DNA of 64,000 nt. It comes from Macrostomum lignano. Its lineage: Eukaryota. The translations under genes and the position numbers were made by a program. A model generated the notes under the pieces. It saw only the letters and a list, made by a program, of their open reading frames with translations. It ran no database searches and was not told where the DNA came from. Location of the stretch: NCBI GenBank assembly GCA_002269645.1, contig NIVC01003954.1:3863-67862 (forward strand). Direction: 5' to 3'. This document shows positions 53,161 to 64,000 of this stretch, piece by piece (the first letter of the stretch is position 1; every line of letters begins with the position of its first letter).

Positions 53161-54664
53161 TTAACGAACCAAGCAAAAAATCAATCAATCAATTATCAAT
53201 CATTCGGCAAGAAACGTGTTAATCTGTCAAAAACATACTTGGAAAATCAATTCCATTGAAATTGAGCAAACTGAGGAACTTCGGGAACACTCGAGGTCTC
53301 TGTAAAATTTTCTCAAAATCTTCACGTGTTGCAGCAAAAAGCAAGAAATATTATCAGCAAGCTTCAATCTTCTGAATCAAGGCAAAAAACGCTGGTCCAG
53401 TTTGCAGAATCTCAGCTTCTGCATCTGGGACACTCAAAATGCTATTTGACGGCTCCAATCTGACATTGTATCCGCCTACAGCTTAAGGCGTGAATTATTA
53501 ACTTGATGCTGCGATGCCCTCTCTGACTGTGCATTGCTGATTTTCTTGGTGGCAGCTGGGGGCGGTGGCAAACACCCTCCCGGATCCCAGGGGATCACAG
53601 TGCAAGTCTCTGCCGCCCCAAGAGCTGAGATTTAGCCCCAACGCTAACTGCTCACCCTCTGCACAGCCCAGAAACTGCATTTTATGCCAACAATAAGCCT
53701 GCAGCCACTTCGGGCACAAATTAATTTCAATACCAATCGAACCGCTTCTCGAACGTGGGATTCCTTTTTTAGAAAGTTATATACTCTCCTTTACTTCTAT
53801 GCTATAAAATACCGCCAAGGTTTATTTCCATTTTATTGCTTCTCCAGCAAGATTGCGGAGGCTGGGATCCAAGTGCATGCATGGGGATCAGCGAAGATCT
53901 GTAAAGGAGAGGCTTCTCCACTCACTCCATACCCGGGGAGCGAAGAAGTTTTTCTTTACTATTTCTGCAATTCCGTATGCGCGCCACTGATTGCCTCGGC
54001 TTAGTAAGAGAGAGGGAGATGAGAGATGAAGAAGAGCCGTCCCTGAGGCGTTTGGATTAAACACAACATCTTTTTGTAAAAGGCTCTCTACTGCTGCTGG
54101 TGGCAAAATCCACAGGGGATGTTCGAATTTTAACTTAATGGGTTGAATCTGTTTCAGTCTTATATAGGATAATCTGAAAAATAGAGTTTTTAGTTTTTCG
54201 TCCCAGCGATTCAAATCCATCTTTCTTAGGCAGATTAAAGACTTCTGTCCGTCAGCTGACGTTCTTTGGCCCCTTTTCAAAGGGTGCGTTGCCTTCTAAA
54301 GGGTAAGCAGAAAAAGAATTGCAGCCAGAAACACGAATTCTTAAAGTGCACCTTGACAGAGAAAACTTCGCCAAAAAGCATTTTCGAATTTTCCGTTTTT
54401 AAACACTTAATTGTTGAATACTAAGTACTGTGACTCTGGATGTACATTCTAGCCTACATGGTCGGTTTGTAATTATGGAATAGGGTGGATTGTTTTAATG
54501 TACATATGGAGTGAGATGGGTTGTTTTAATGTACATATAGAGTAAGATGGGTTGTTTTAATGTACATATGGAGTGAGGTGGGTGGCTACCTGTATTGCGT
54601 GCTTCTTCAATTAGAGAAGCTGATTAGTTGATATAGCTTTTTGCAGCCCGTTTGGGCCTACATG

Positions 54665-54788
54665 CATTGTAACACGATATAAATGCGTAAAAGCGTGCAT
54701 TGAACGTTAAAAGCGTGCTTAAATGGCTCGTGATCGCGTATTGGCTGGATTCATTTAATGCACGAGAAATATATATCGTGTTACAATG
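54665..54788. mobile_element. Small MITE-like element
   Basis: 17-bp inverted repeat CATTGTAACACGATATA / TATATCGTGTTACAATG; no clear TSD. Confidence 0.5.
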
Positions 54789-55099
54789 ACATTTAACGCC
54801 CGATTGTCTATTTCAAACTTACTCTAATGCAAATTAGCGGGCAGTTAATATCATTAACTGCCCGCTAATTTTGTCCCACTTTGTCAAGGACACAAATGTC
54901 TATGGCACAATAATAGTAATTTAAACTACTTTAAAGCTCACTTTCAGGGAGGTTATTGACATAGATTTTATTTTGCGGGATTTAATCGATCACTTTCCCG
55001 GACATATTGCAAGAATTATTGTATGTATCTAAATAAGCGAGCTTCTCTCTTCTCTTCCTTCGTGACTCGAGAAATTTCTTAATGAATTTGTTTGAATCT

Positions 55100-55342
55100 C
55101 AGCTTGGCTCTGCTCGTGCAATTAACTCCCTTGAGGCCCAACCCCCAAGGCACAGTGAAGAAGTGTACATGACTAACGATAAATAAAGTTAGGGCCGCTG
55201 TACACTCCTGTGTGAGTGTGTGCCTGCGCGTATGACTGCGTACGTATCCGCGCGCTTGTGTGGAATGGGCAGTAATGCCTCTCGTCGGTTGTGTGACAAT
55301 GTCGCTTAAAGTGAGCCATGGAGCACACAGCCTCTGCCTCTA
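55100..55342. repeat. Dispersed ~200-240-bp repeat, second copy at ~58311-58515
   Basis: Shared CAGCTT(G/A)GCTCTGCTCGTGCAATTAAC...GTTAGGGCCGCTGTACACTCCTGTGTGAG...GGAATGGGCAGTA...GCCTCTAA. Confidence 0.8.
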
Positions 55343-55778
55343 AAAAGGTCAAAACTTCGCTTCGATCCCAAGCCCATGGCGTTTGTTCGACAGTCCAGCA
55401 TATGGTCCACGATTCTGGGACTGATGTGAAACTGTAGAGCCGCTATGGGCCAAATTGATGCTTGTTGGACCAGACTAAATGCCGCTGTGCCAAACTTGCT
55501 ACCATAGACAAAAGCTCCGTTGCTTTGACAAACATCTTGGATTAATTCAGTGTGTGCTTGCAAAAATGGGCTGCAAAAATGCTATAAGAAAAAATGTCCT
55601 CCTATGAATTGCATGAATTCCCAAAGACGCCTAATTATTTGCCCTCTGTTCCATCATTACTTTCCCCAGTCCCTAATTATCACTCAGGAAGAAGTCCTTT
55701 TTCGACGGCTTCTGAAATCCGTGGGCAGCAGAGCGGGCAGCAAGAAATTTGGCAATTCCTCACATTTTGACATTTCAG

Positions 55779-55890
55779 TCGTGGTTTTGTGCGCCGATCC
55801 GGACACTGTGCGGGACATCATGATCCGCGCGGAGGAGCTGGGCTTCATCAATGGGGAGTATGTCTTCTTTAATATCGACCTGTTCAGCAG
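55779..55890 (+). CDS. Receptor guanylyl cyclase constant exon C1
   Basis: Phase-1 acceptor catttcag|TC; xVVLCADPDTVRDIMIRAEELGFINGEYVFFNIDLFS (NPR-like); phase-2 donor GTGAGT. Confidence 0.92.
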
Positions 55891-55905
55891 GTGAGTGCCT
55901 CCCAC

Positions 55906-56262
<357 letters not shown>

Positions 56263-56272
56263 CCTCTCGCAG

Positions 56273-56835
56273 CGAGAAGCTGACAGTCCGGCCCTGGCGC
56301 CGTGTCAACGACACCGCCGAGCGCAACAGCAAGGCCTTCCGCGCCTACCGCTCGCTGATGACCATCACGCTGCGAAAGCCCAACAGCCCGGAGTACCGCA
56401 ACTTCAGCCGCCAGGTGAAGGAGCTGGCCTACCATAAGTACAACTTCACCTATCCCGAGGAGGAAGTGAACAGCTTCGTCGGCGCTTTTCACGACGCCGT
56501 TCTGCTGTACGCCCTGGCCATCAACGACACCCTGCGGGAGCACGGCAGCGAAGGAATCCGCAACGGCTCGCTGGTGACGGAGAAGATGAAGAGTCGCAGC
56601 TTCGAGGGCATCACTGGCACTGTGAGCATCAACAAGAATGGCGACAGGAACGCCGACTACTCGCTGCTGGACATGGACAAGGACACTGGCGAGTTCGCAG
56701 TCGTGGCGCACTACAACGGCAACAAGAAGGTGTACGAGCTGGTCAAGGATCGCCAGATAGACTGGAATAACGAGGAGAATCTGCCGCCCAAGGATATTCC
56801 CACCTGCGGATTCGATTATTCTCTGTGCAAGAAGG
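56273..56835 (+). CDS. Constant exon C2 (C-terminal ectodomain)
   Basis: PWRR...AYRSLMTITLR...VGAFHDAVLLYALA...FEGITGTVSINKNGDRNADYSLLD...PTCGFD; phases consistent on both sides. Confidence 0.95.
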
Positions 56836-56869
56836 GTTAGTTTTATGGTGCCGTTTGGAGCTTAGATCC

Positions 56870-57165
56870 GGCGGATCGGATGTACACTGGGAGTGAGGGG
56901 GATCGGATGTACACTGGGAGTGAGGGGATCGGATGTACACTGGGAGTGAGGGGGGATCTCGGATGTACATTGGGAGTGAAGGGGATTGGATGTACACTGG
57001 GAGTGAGGGGGATTGGATGTACACTGGGAGTGAGGGGATCGGATGTACACTTGGAGTGAGGGGATCGGATGTACACTTGGAGTGAGGAGGATTGGATGTA
57101 CACTGGGAGTGAGGGGGTTGGATGTACATTGGGAGTGAGGGGGGATTGGATGTACATTAAAGAAG
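56870..57165. repeat. ~26-bp tandem repeat (GGATGTACACTGGGAGTGAGGGGATC)
   Basis: Visible. Confidence 0.85.
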
Positions 57166-57434
57166 TGAATAGGATCGGATGTACATTGGTAGTGAGGGGG
57201 ATCGATTGTACGTTAAGAGTGAGGGCGAACTGAATGCCACTGAAAGTAAGGTCAGAGAGAATGTACATTGGAATTGGTAGCGAGTTGAATGTACATTGCG
57301 AGTGGGGGTTGATGACGGAAGTACATCGGTAAGAATAAACTGTTAGAGTACAACTTCGCGCATCAATCAAACTCCGCGGTGAATTTGTGGTTTTCAGCCA
57401 ACCAGTCCAAGCCATAAACTCACGCACCTTGCAG

Positions 57435-58231
57435 ACCTGACCCAGATGGCTCTGTACGCCGTGGTTGTCCTGCTAGTCCTGATCTGCTTCCTCACCATCC
57501 TGATCTTCGTCATCTACCGCAAGCTGCGTCTGGAGAGCGAACTGCACGGCATGAACTGGCGTATCGCCTGGGAGGAGCTCGAGCCCACCGAGAGGGTGGC
57601 AGCCCGCAGGCGGAGCCTGGCTCAGCCACAGCCACCGCCGCCGCAAAAGCAGACGACTAATAAGAAGAAGCGGGCTCGCCTAAATCAGAAGAAGCAGCAG
57701 CAGCAGCAGCCGCACTGGTTCTTCGCCAACCATCACGGGACGAAGCGATCCAATCGAGGAGATCCGGACGAGGCCGCAGCTGAAACTCTGCCGCTCCGGC
57801 CGTCGGGCGGAGGCGCCAATGACAGCGGCGGCGGTGACATCGGAGCCGGAGACTCGCAGAGCGTCGTCCAAATGGACTCGGCCAGCATGGAGTCCGTGGA
57901 GACGATCGCGGGAGTGCCGCTCAGCCAGATCCCCACGGCGCAGCTGTTCGCCAAGACCGCCTACTACAAGGGCACTCTGGTGGCGCTCAAGCAGCTGAAT
58001 TTGCGCAACAAACGCATTGAGGTCACCAACCGCCTGCTGATGGAGGTGAAGCGAGTCAAGGACCTCGCTTCCGACAATGTCGTCCGCTTCATCGGCGCCT
58101 GCTTGGACCCGCCGAACGAGTGCCTGGTGACCGAGTACTGTCCGAAAGGCTCTCTGCAGGACATCCTGGAGAATGACAATCTTAACCTGGACTGGATGTT
58201 CAAGTTGTCGCTGATGGCCGACATTTGCCGG
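57435..58231 (+). CDS. Constant exon C3 (transmembrane helix, juxtamembrane region, start of kinase-homology domain)
   Basis: ALYAVVVLLVLICFLTILIFVIY TM; WRIAWEEL; YYKGTLVALK; NVVRFIGAC; VTEYCPKGSLQDILEN; LDWMFKLSL. Confidence 0.95.
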
Positions 58232-58657
58232 GTAGGGGCAATTTCATGTGCCAGCGGCCCAGGCTCGATTCCAAGTGCAGTCACATTAATTTGGGGCTAA
58301 ATTCGAAGCTCAGCTTAGCTCTGCTCGTGCAATTAACGCCCTTGAAGTGTACATGCCTAACGATAAATACAGTTAGGGCCGCTGTACACTCCTGTGTGAG
58401 TGTGTGCCTGTGCGTGTGTCTGCGCGCTTGTGTGCCTGCTCACAGGAGTAGGCGGAATGGGCAGTAGTGCCTCTCGCCGGTTGTGTGATAATGCCCACAG
58501 CGCCCCTGCCTCTAACTAAATAAAACTAAAAGGGCTTTCATAAGCTCCAAAACCTCACATTGTTTGGCGCGATGTCAAGGATAGAAGGATAGAGTTGTCC
58601 TATGTGTTACTAGCTAACAATGGATCAATAAGACATCATGTTTCACCCACTAATCAG

Positions 58658-58829
58658 GGAATGATCTACCTGCACCACTCGTTCGGCTCGCATGGCAATC
58701 TGAAGTCGTCAAACTGCATGGTGGACTCGCGGTTCAGCTTGAAGATCGCGGACTTCGGTCTTCAGTCGCTGAGGTCAAACAAGCTGGAGTACAGGGACAA
58801 AGAGGACGGGGATTACTCAACATATCGCA
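58658..58829 (+). CDS. Constant exon C4 (kinase-homology domain)
   Basis: [35 protein letters not shown]; the HGNLKSSNC motif is characteristic of rGC KHDs. Confidence 0.96.
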
Positions 58830-58891
58830 GTGAGTCTTTGTTACTGATTTTATAGTCTTCCAGAGCTTCTAGATTTGCAGAGTTTCAGAGA

Positions 58892-59195
58892 CTCACTCAT
58901 AAACTCATGGACTCACTCATAAACTCATGGAGTCACTCATACAAGTAAACTCATGGACTCACTCATAAACTCATGGAGTCACTCATAAACTCATGGACTC
59001 ACTCATAAACTCATGGAGTCACTCATACAAGTAAACTCATGGACTCACTCATAAACTCATGGAGTCACTCATAAACTCATGGACTCACTCATAAACTCAT
59101 GGAGTCACTCATACAAGTAAACTCATGGACTCACTCATAAACTCATGGACTCACTCATAAACTCATGGACTCACTCATAAACTCATGGACTCATA
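58892..59195. repeat. 20-bp tandem repeat (ACTCACTCATAAACTCATGG)
   Basis: Visible. Confidence 0.9.
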
Positions 59196-59494
59196 AAATC
59201 ATGAGCTCATAGACTCAATTGTACAGCAAGTATGTCAGTCAGAGTTTTGAGCTTCAAGTGGTTGCTTTGTGCTACGAGTTAATGTAGTATTAAAATGCAC
59301 TTTCAACGGTTGGATTTCGGAGCGACTAACTTGAGGCTTTTCTTTGATTTTCGGTCCTCAATCCAGAAACAAAGAATGAATCTAAGGGTGAATCTAAGGG
59401 TGAATTTTTAGGGTAAATCTTAGAGTGAATCTAAAGGTGAATCTAAGGGTGAATCTAAGAGTGAATCCTAAAGTAAATCTTAGAGTGAATCCCT

Positions 59495-60174
59495 GAGGCG
59501 CGTCGCCACTGGGGGGACAGGGGGACATGTCTGCCCAGTAAAAGCTATGGGGGGGACATGCCAGTGATTTGTCCCCCCCAGCCCACCTTGTGACTGGTTG
59601 TTTCAACCAATCCTTTTTCGTCAAGGTGCTAAAATGAGTGCCTGTGGCGCCGAAAGGAATGCCTGTGGCGCCAAAATGAGTGCCTGCGGTGCCAAAATGA
59701 GTACCTGCGGTGCCAAAATGAGTGCCTGCGGCGCCGAAATGAGTGCCTGTGGCGCCAAAATGAGTACCTGCGGTGCCAAAATGAGTGCCTGCGGCGCCAA
59801 AATGAGTACCTGCGGCGCTAAAATGAGTGCCTAAGGCGCCAAAATGAGTGCCTGTGGCGCTAAAATGAATGCCTGTGGCGCTAAAATGAATGTCTGTGGC
59901 GCTAAAATTAGTGCCTGTAGTGCTAAAATGAGTTGCTGGGACGCCAAAACGAGTGCCTGCGGCGCCAAAATGAGTGCCTGCGGCGCTAAAATGAGTGCCT
60001 GTGGCGCTAAAATGAATGTCTGTGGCGCTAAAATTAGTGCCTGTAGTGCTAAAATGAGTTGCTGACAACACCGATTCTCAAAATAATTAACATATGGGAA
60101 TTTAGTCATATGCATGTACATGTTGAATTCTTGGCTTTGTCCCCCCCCCCATAAAATCCATGGCGACGCCCCTG
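59495..60174 (-). mobile_element. MITE-like element with an internal 21-bp array, inserted in a 12-bp (GAATCTAAGGGT) repeat
   Basis: Imperfect 14-bp TIR GAGGCGCGTCGCCA / TGGCGACGCCCCTG, subterminal GGGGGGACA / TGTCCCCCC. The host repeat resumes on both sides. TSD ambiguous. Confidence 0.7.
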
Positions 60175-61261
60175 AGGGAATCTAAGGGTGAATCTCACAA
60201 ACTAAGGGTGAATATACGGATGAATCTAAAGCCGAATCTCAGAGTGAATCTCAGGTTAAATCTTGTTTGAATGACTCTCAATTTGGTGGGAATCTTAGGT
60301 GTAAATTAGGGCGAACCCCAGGGCGGACTTGCGGACCAGCTCATTGTCGCGCAGATCGCTAATTAACCAAAGTTAAACTAAGACTGTTTAGCAGCAATTA
60401 AAAATCGCCTCAGCAATCGAGTCCTTGAAGTGTAAATCGCTGGCTCAGCGCAAGAAACAATTTCTTCTTTAGCAGACTGTTTGATGTGGCGGGGACAAAC
60501 ACCAACTTGTGAGCTGGAACACCGACATGGGAGAGCAGCCCAAAGCCACACAGAGAAAGGGAGACTGGACCGCAGTAACGGGAAAGGGACCCGCAAGGAA
60601 AACTTCCTGTCCTAGTTGGCTCCGTCTTCCTCAATCTCCGCTATTCAGGTCCCAACCCCCGGCGTGTTCAATCAGCCGCAAAGGCAGCCAACAGTGGGGA
60701 TTTTTCTGCTGCCGAAATGGGGAGGGGTGGTTTGGGATGAAAAGGGAAAGCTGCCACCCAGTCAGCCAAAACCCGGCTGCAGTGTGTAGTAGGGAATCTC
60801 ATCTAGGTATAAGTTCCCAAAAATCGATATAGCAAGGTCCGGATGGATGGATGCAGGTCTGGTTGCGGTGAGGAATGAGGGGCGGATCTCTGACATGCGG
60901 AGTGAGTGAAAGAGCAAAACTCAGCGTCAATACACTTTTCCCAATGCTGATGCGTGGTCTGAGACAGCCGGCTCAATCTCATCGTTCCCTGTCTTTTTAC
61001 ATTTATTCTCCGGCGAAGTCCGGCCGCGTGAGTTCGGGATACTTCTGCTCGGGAGGCAGGGGGGGGGGGAGAGAATCCAGTAGGATCTATTCGAGCAAAA
61101 AATGAATGCCATAAAAAGAAACATAAGTAAATGGCCTTCTCTGTCTTCTTCTTTTAATCGTTTGGGACAGCAGACGTGCTCTCCTTCCCAGCCGAGAGGT
61201 CGTGTGTATTAAAATAGCCTTGGATTTTTTATGATTTTTCCCAAACTGCACTTGCAGCACC

Positions 61262-61968
61262 CGCCACCCAAAAACACCACTACTTCAAAACACCCACTAC
61301 TCCAAAACACCACCACCCCAAAACACCCACACCCCAAAAACCCACCACCCCAAAACACCCACCACCATAAAACACCCACCACCCCAAAACACCCACCACT
61401 CCAAAAACACCCACCACTCCAAAACACCCACCACTCCAAAACACCCACCACACCAAAACACCACTACTTCAAAACACCCACTACTCCAAAACACCCACCA
61501 CCCCAAAACACCCACCACCCAAAACACCCACCACCCCAAAACACCCACCACCATAAAACACCCACCACACCAAAACACCCACTACTTCAAAACACCCACT
61601 ACTCCAAAACACCCACACCCAAAACACCCACACCCCAAAAAACCCACCACCCCAAAACACCCACCACCATAAAACACCACCACCCCAAAACACCCACCAC
61701 TCTAAAACACCCACCACTCCAAAACACCCGCACTCCAAAACACCCACCACACCAAAACACCACTACTTCAAAACACCCACTACTCCAAAACACCCACCAC
61801 CCCAAAACACCCACCACCCCAAAACACCCACCACCATAAAACACCCACCACACCAAAACACCCACTACTTCAAAACACCCACTACTCCAAAACACCACAC
61901 CCCAAAACACCCACCACCATAAAACACCCACCACCCCAAAACACCACCACCCCAAAACACCACCACCG
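61262..61968. repeat. C/A-rich repeat (AAAACACCCACCACCCC-like)
   Basis: Visible. Confidence 0.9.
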
Positions 61969-61973
61969 AAACG

Positions 61974-62015
61974 CCTAACCCTAACCCTAACCCTAACCCT
62001 AACCCTAACCCTAAC
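61974..62015. repeat. Interstitial telomere-type (CCCTAA)~7 directly upstream of a splice acceptor
   Basis: Perfect hexamers followed by CCCACAG|exon. Confidence 0.92.
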
Positions 62016-62022
62016 CCCACAG

Positions 62023-62180
62023 ACAAGCTGTGGACAGCCCCGGAGCTGCTCAGACTGCCGAATCCGCATTCGAAGGCACCAAGGAGGGCGACGTCTACAG
62101 CTTCGCCATCATCTGTCAGGAAGTGATCTATCGGAAAGGCGTGTTCTTTCTGAGCGACTCGGACTTCATCGAGCCGCAGG
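62023..62180 (+). CDS. Constant exon C5 (KHD), one apparent 1-nt deletion
   Basis: KLWTAPELLR...EGTKEGDVYSFAIICQEVIYRKG; frame break near 62065-62070. Confidence 0.88.
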
Positions 62181-62327
62181 GTGAGTAGCGTACACTAAAA
62201 ACCCTGCACCAAGATTCCCGAAAAACTCGAACATTTAAAATCGAACGCTATCAATTATTTAAATCTAAATGGATTTGTTTTTCCAGGAGAAAAGAGAATA
62301 TTCCACAACTAGAACCCCCCCTTACAG

Positions 62328-62785
62328 ACATCGTGGAGCGAGTCCGCACGCCTCAGAACCCGCCATTCCGACCAGCCCTGTCGAGGAGATGTCCGACCTG
62401 GAACCCGACAGGACCGCCGCGCTCACCGCCATGGTGGAGCTCTGCTGGCACGGGATCCCGGAGCCCGGCCAACATTCAACGCGGCGAAGAGTAGAATCAG
62501 CCGATTCAACAAGACGGCAGAGTCAGGCAACATCCTGGACAATCTGCTCAAACGTATGGAGCAGTACTCCAACAATCTGGAAAGTTTGGTGGCTAAAAGA
62601 ACTGATCAATACCAGGTGGAGAAGAAGAAGGCCGAGGACCTGCTGTACTGCATGCTGCCAAAGGCTGTGGCGACAACTCTGATGCGAGGCGAAGCTGTCA
62701 CGCTGAATGGTTCGACTCAGTCAGCATCTACTTCTCGGACATCTGCGGCTTCACGGCGCTGTCCAGCGAGAGCACCCCGCTGCAG
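62328..62785 (+). CDS. Constant exon C6 (end of KHD, hinge, start of cyclase domain), three apparent 1-nt deletions
   Basis: DIVERV...PFRP / MVELCW / RPTF...[24 protein letters not shown]...[18 protein letters not shown] / [27 protein letters not shown]|GTAATG. The gene continues beyond the window. Confidence 0.9.
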
Positions 62786-62831
62786 GTAATGATTGGCAGT
62801 TGGAGTACAGCATGATGGAAGCTCAAAGTCC

Positions 62832-64000
62832 CAGGGGCGTAGCCATTTGATTTTATGGTGGGGGGACAAAGCAGGAATTCCACATGTACATGACTAAATT
62901 CCTACATGTATATTATTTTCAAAATCGGTGATGTCAGCACCTTTTTTAGCGCTGCAGGCACTCGTTTTGGCGCCGCAGGCACTCGTTTTGGCGTCCCAGC
63001 AACTCATTTTAGCACTACAGGCACTAATTTTAGCGCCACAGACATTCATTTTAGCGCCACAGGCACTCATTTTAGCGCCGCAGGAATTCATTTTAGCGCC
63101 GCATGCATTCATTTTAGCGCCACAGGCATTCATTTTAGCGCCACAGGCATTCATTTTAGCGCCACAGGCATTCATTTTAGCGCCACAGGCACTCATTTTA
63201 GCGCCACAGGCATTCATTTTAGCGCCACAGGCATTCATTTTAGCGCCACAGGCACTCATTTTTGCGCCGCAGCACTAATTTTGGCGCCGCAGGCACTAAT
63301 TTTTGCGCCGCAGGCACTAATTTGGCGCCGCAGGCACTAATTTTGGCGCGCAGGCATTCATTTTAGCGCCACAGGCACTCATTTTGCGCCGCAGGCACTC
63401 ATTTTAGCCCGCAGGCACTCATTTTAGCACCGCAGGCACTCATTTTAGCGCCGCAGGCACTCATTTTAGCACCGCAGGCACTCATTTTAGCACCGCAGGC
63501 ACTCATTTTAGCACCGCAGGCACTCATTTTAGCGCCGCAGTCACTCATTTTAGCGCCGCAGGCACTCATTTTAACTCCACAGGCACTCATTTTAGCGCCG
63601 CAGTCACTCATTTTAGCGCGCAGACACTCATTTTAGCGCCGCAGTCACTCATTTTAGCGCCGGACACTCATTTTAGCTCCACAGGCACTCATTTTAGCGC
63701 CGCAGGCACTCATTTTAGCGCCGTAGGCACACTCATTTTAGCACCGCAGGCACTCATTTTAGCGCGCGCAGGCACTCATTTAGCTCCACAGGCACTCATT
63801 TTTAGCGCCCGCAGACACTCATTTTAGCTCCACAGCACTCATTTAGCGCCGCAGGCACTCTTTTAGCGCCGTAGGCACTCATTTTAGCACCGCAGGCACT
63901 CATTTTGGACGCCGCAGGCATTCATTTTAGCGCCGTAGGCACTCATTTTGCGCCGCAGGCATTCATTTTAGCGCCGTAGGCACTCATTTTTAGCGCCGTA
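62832..64000 (+). mobile_element. Second, oppositely oriented copy of the 59495-60174 element (runs off the window)
   Basis: CAGGGGCGTAGCCA...GGGGGGACAAAGC...AAATCGGTGATGTCAGC is the reverse complement of 60060-60174, followed by (TTTTAGCGCCGCAGGCACTCA)n. Confidence 0.82.

Overview
Repeat-rich animal (invertebrate) genomic DNA with spliceosomal introns. The compact GC-rich exons and satellite-filled introns resemble a free-living flatworm such as Macrostomum, but that is an inference only. In order, the window holds: a near-complete Ty3/gypsy (Mag-like) LTR retrotransposon (190-4440); hAT- and mariner-derived non-autonomous elements; three truncated Penelope-like retroelements carrying minimal hammerhead ribozymes; a two-exon Rab5 gene; a tRNA-derived CORE-type SINE; and many micro- and minisatellites. 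From about 20.9 kb to the window end lies a natriuretic-peptide-receptor-type receptor guanylyl cyclase locus. The main observation is its architecture. Four divergent 5' cassettes (V1-V4) each encode their own signal peptide plus the N-terminal part of an ANF-receptor ligand-binding domain. Each ends in a phase-1 GT donor at the equivalent protein position. Only one downstream set of constant exons is present (rest of ectodomain, TM, kinase-homology domain, cyclase), and it starts with a phase-1 acceptor at 55779. This looks like a variable/constant, protocadherin/UGT1-style receptor-diversification locus. It is deduced from splice-phase logic and needs transcript evidence. The last two exons contain four single-base deletions that are probably consensus errors.
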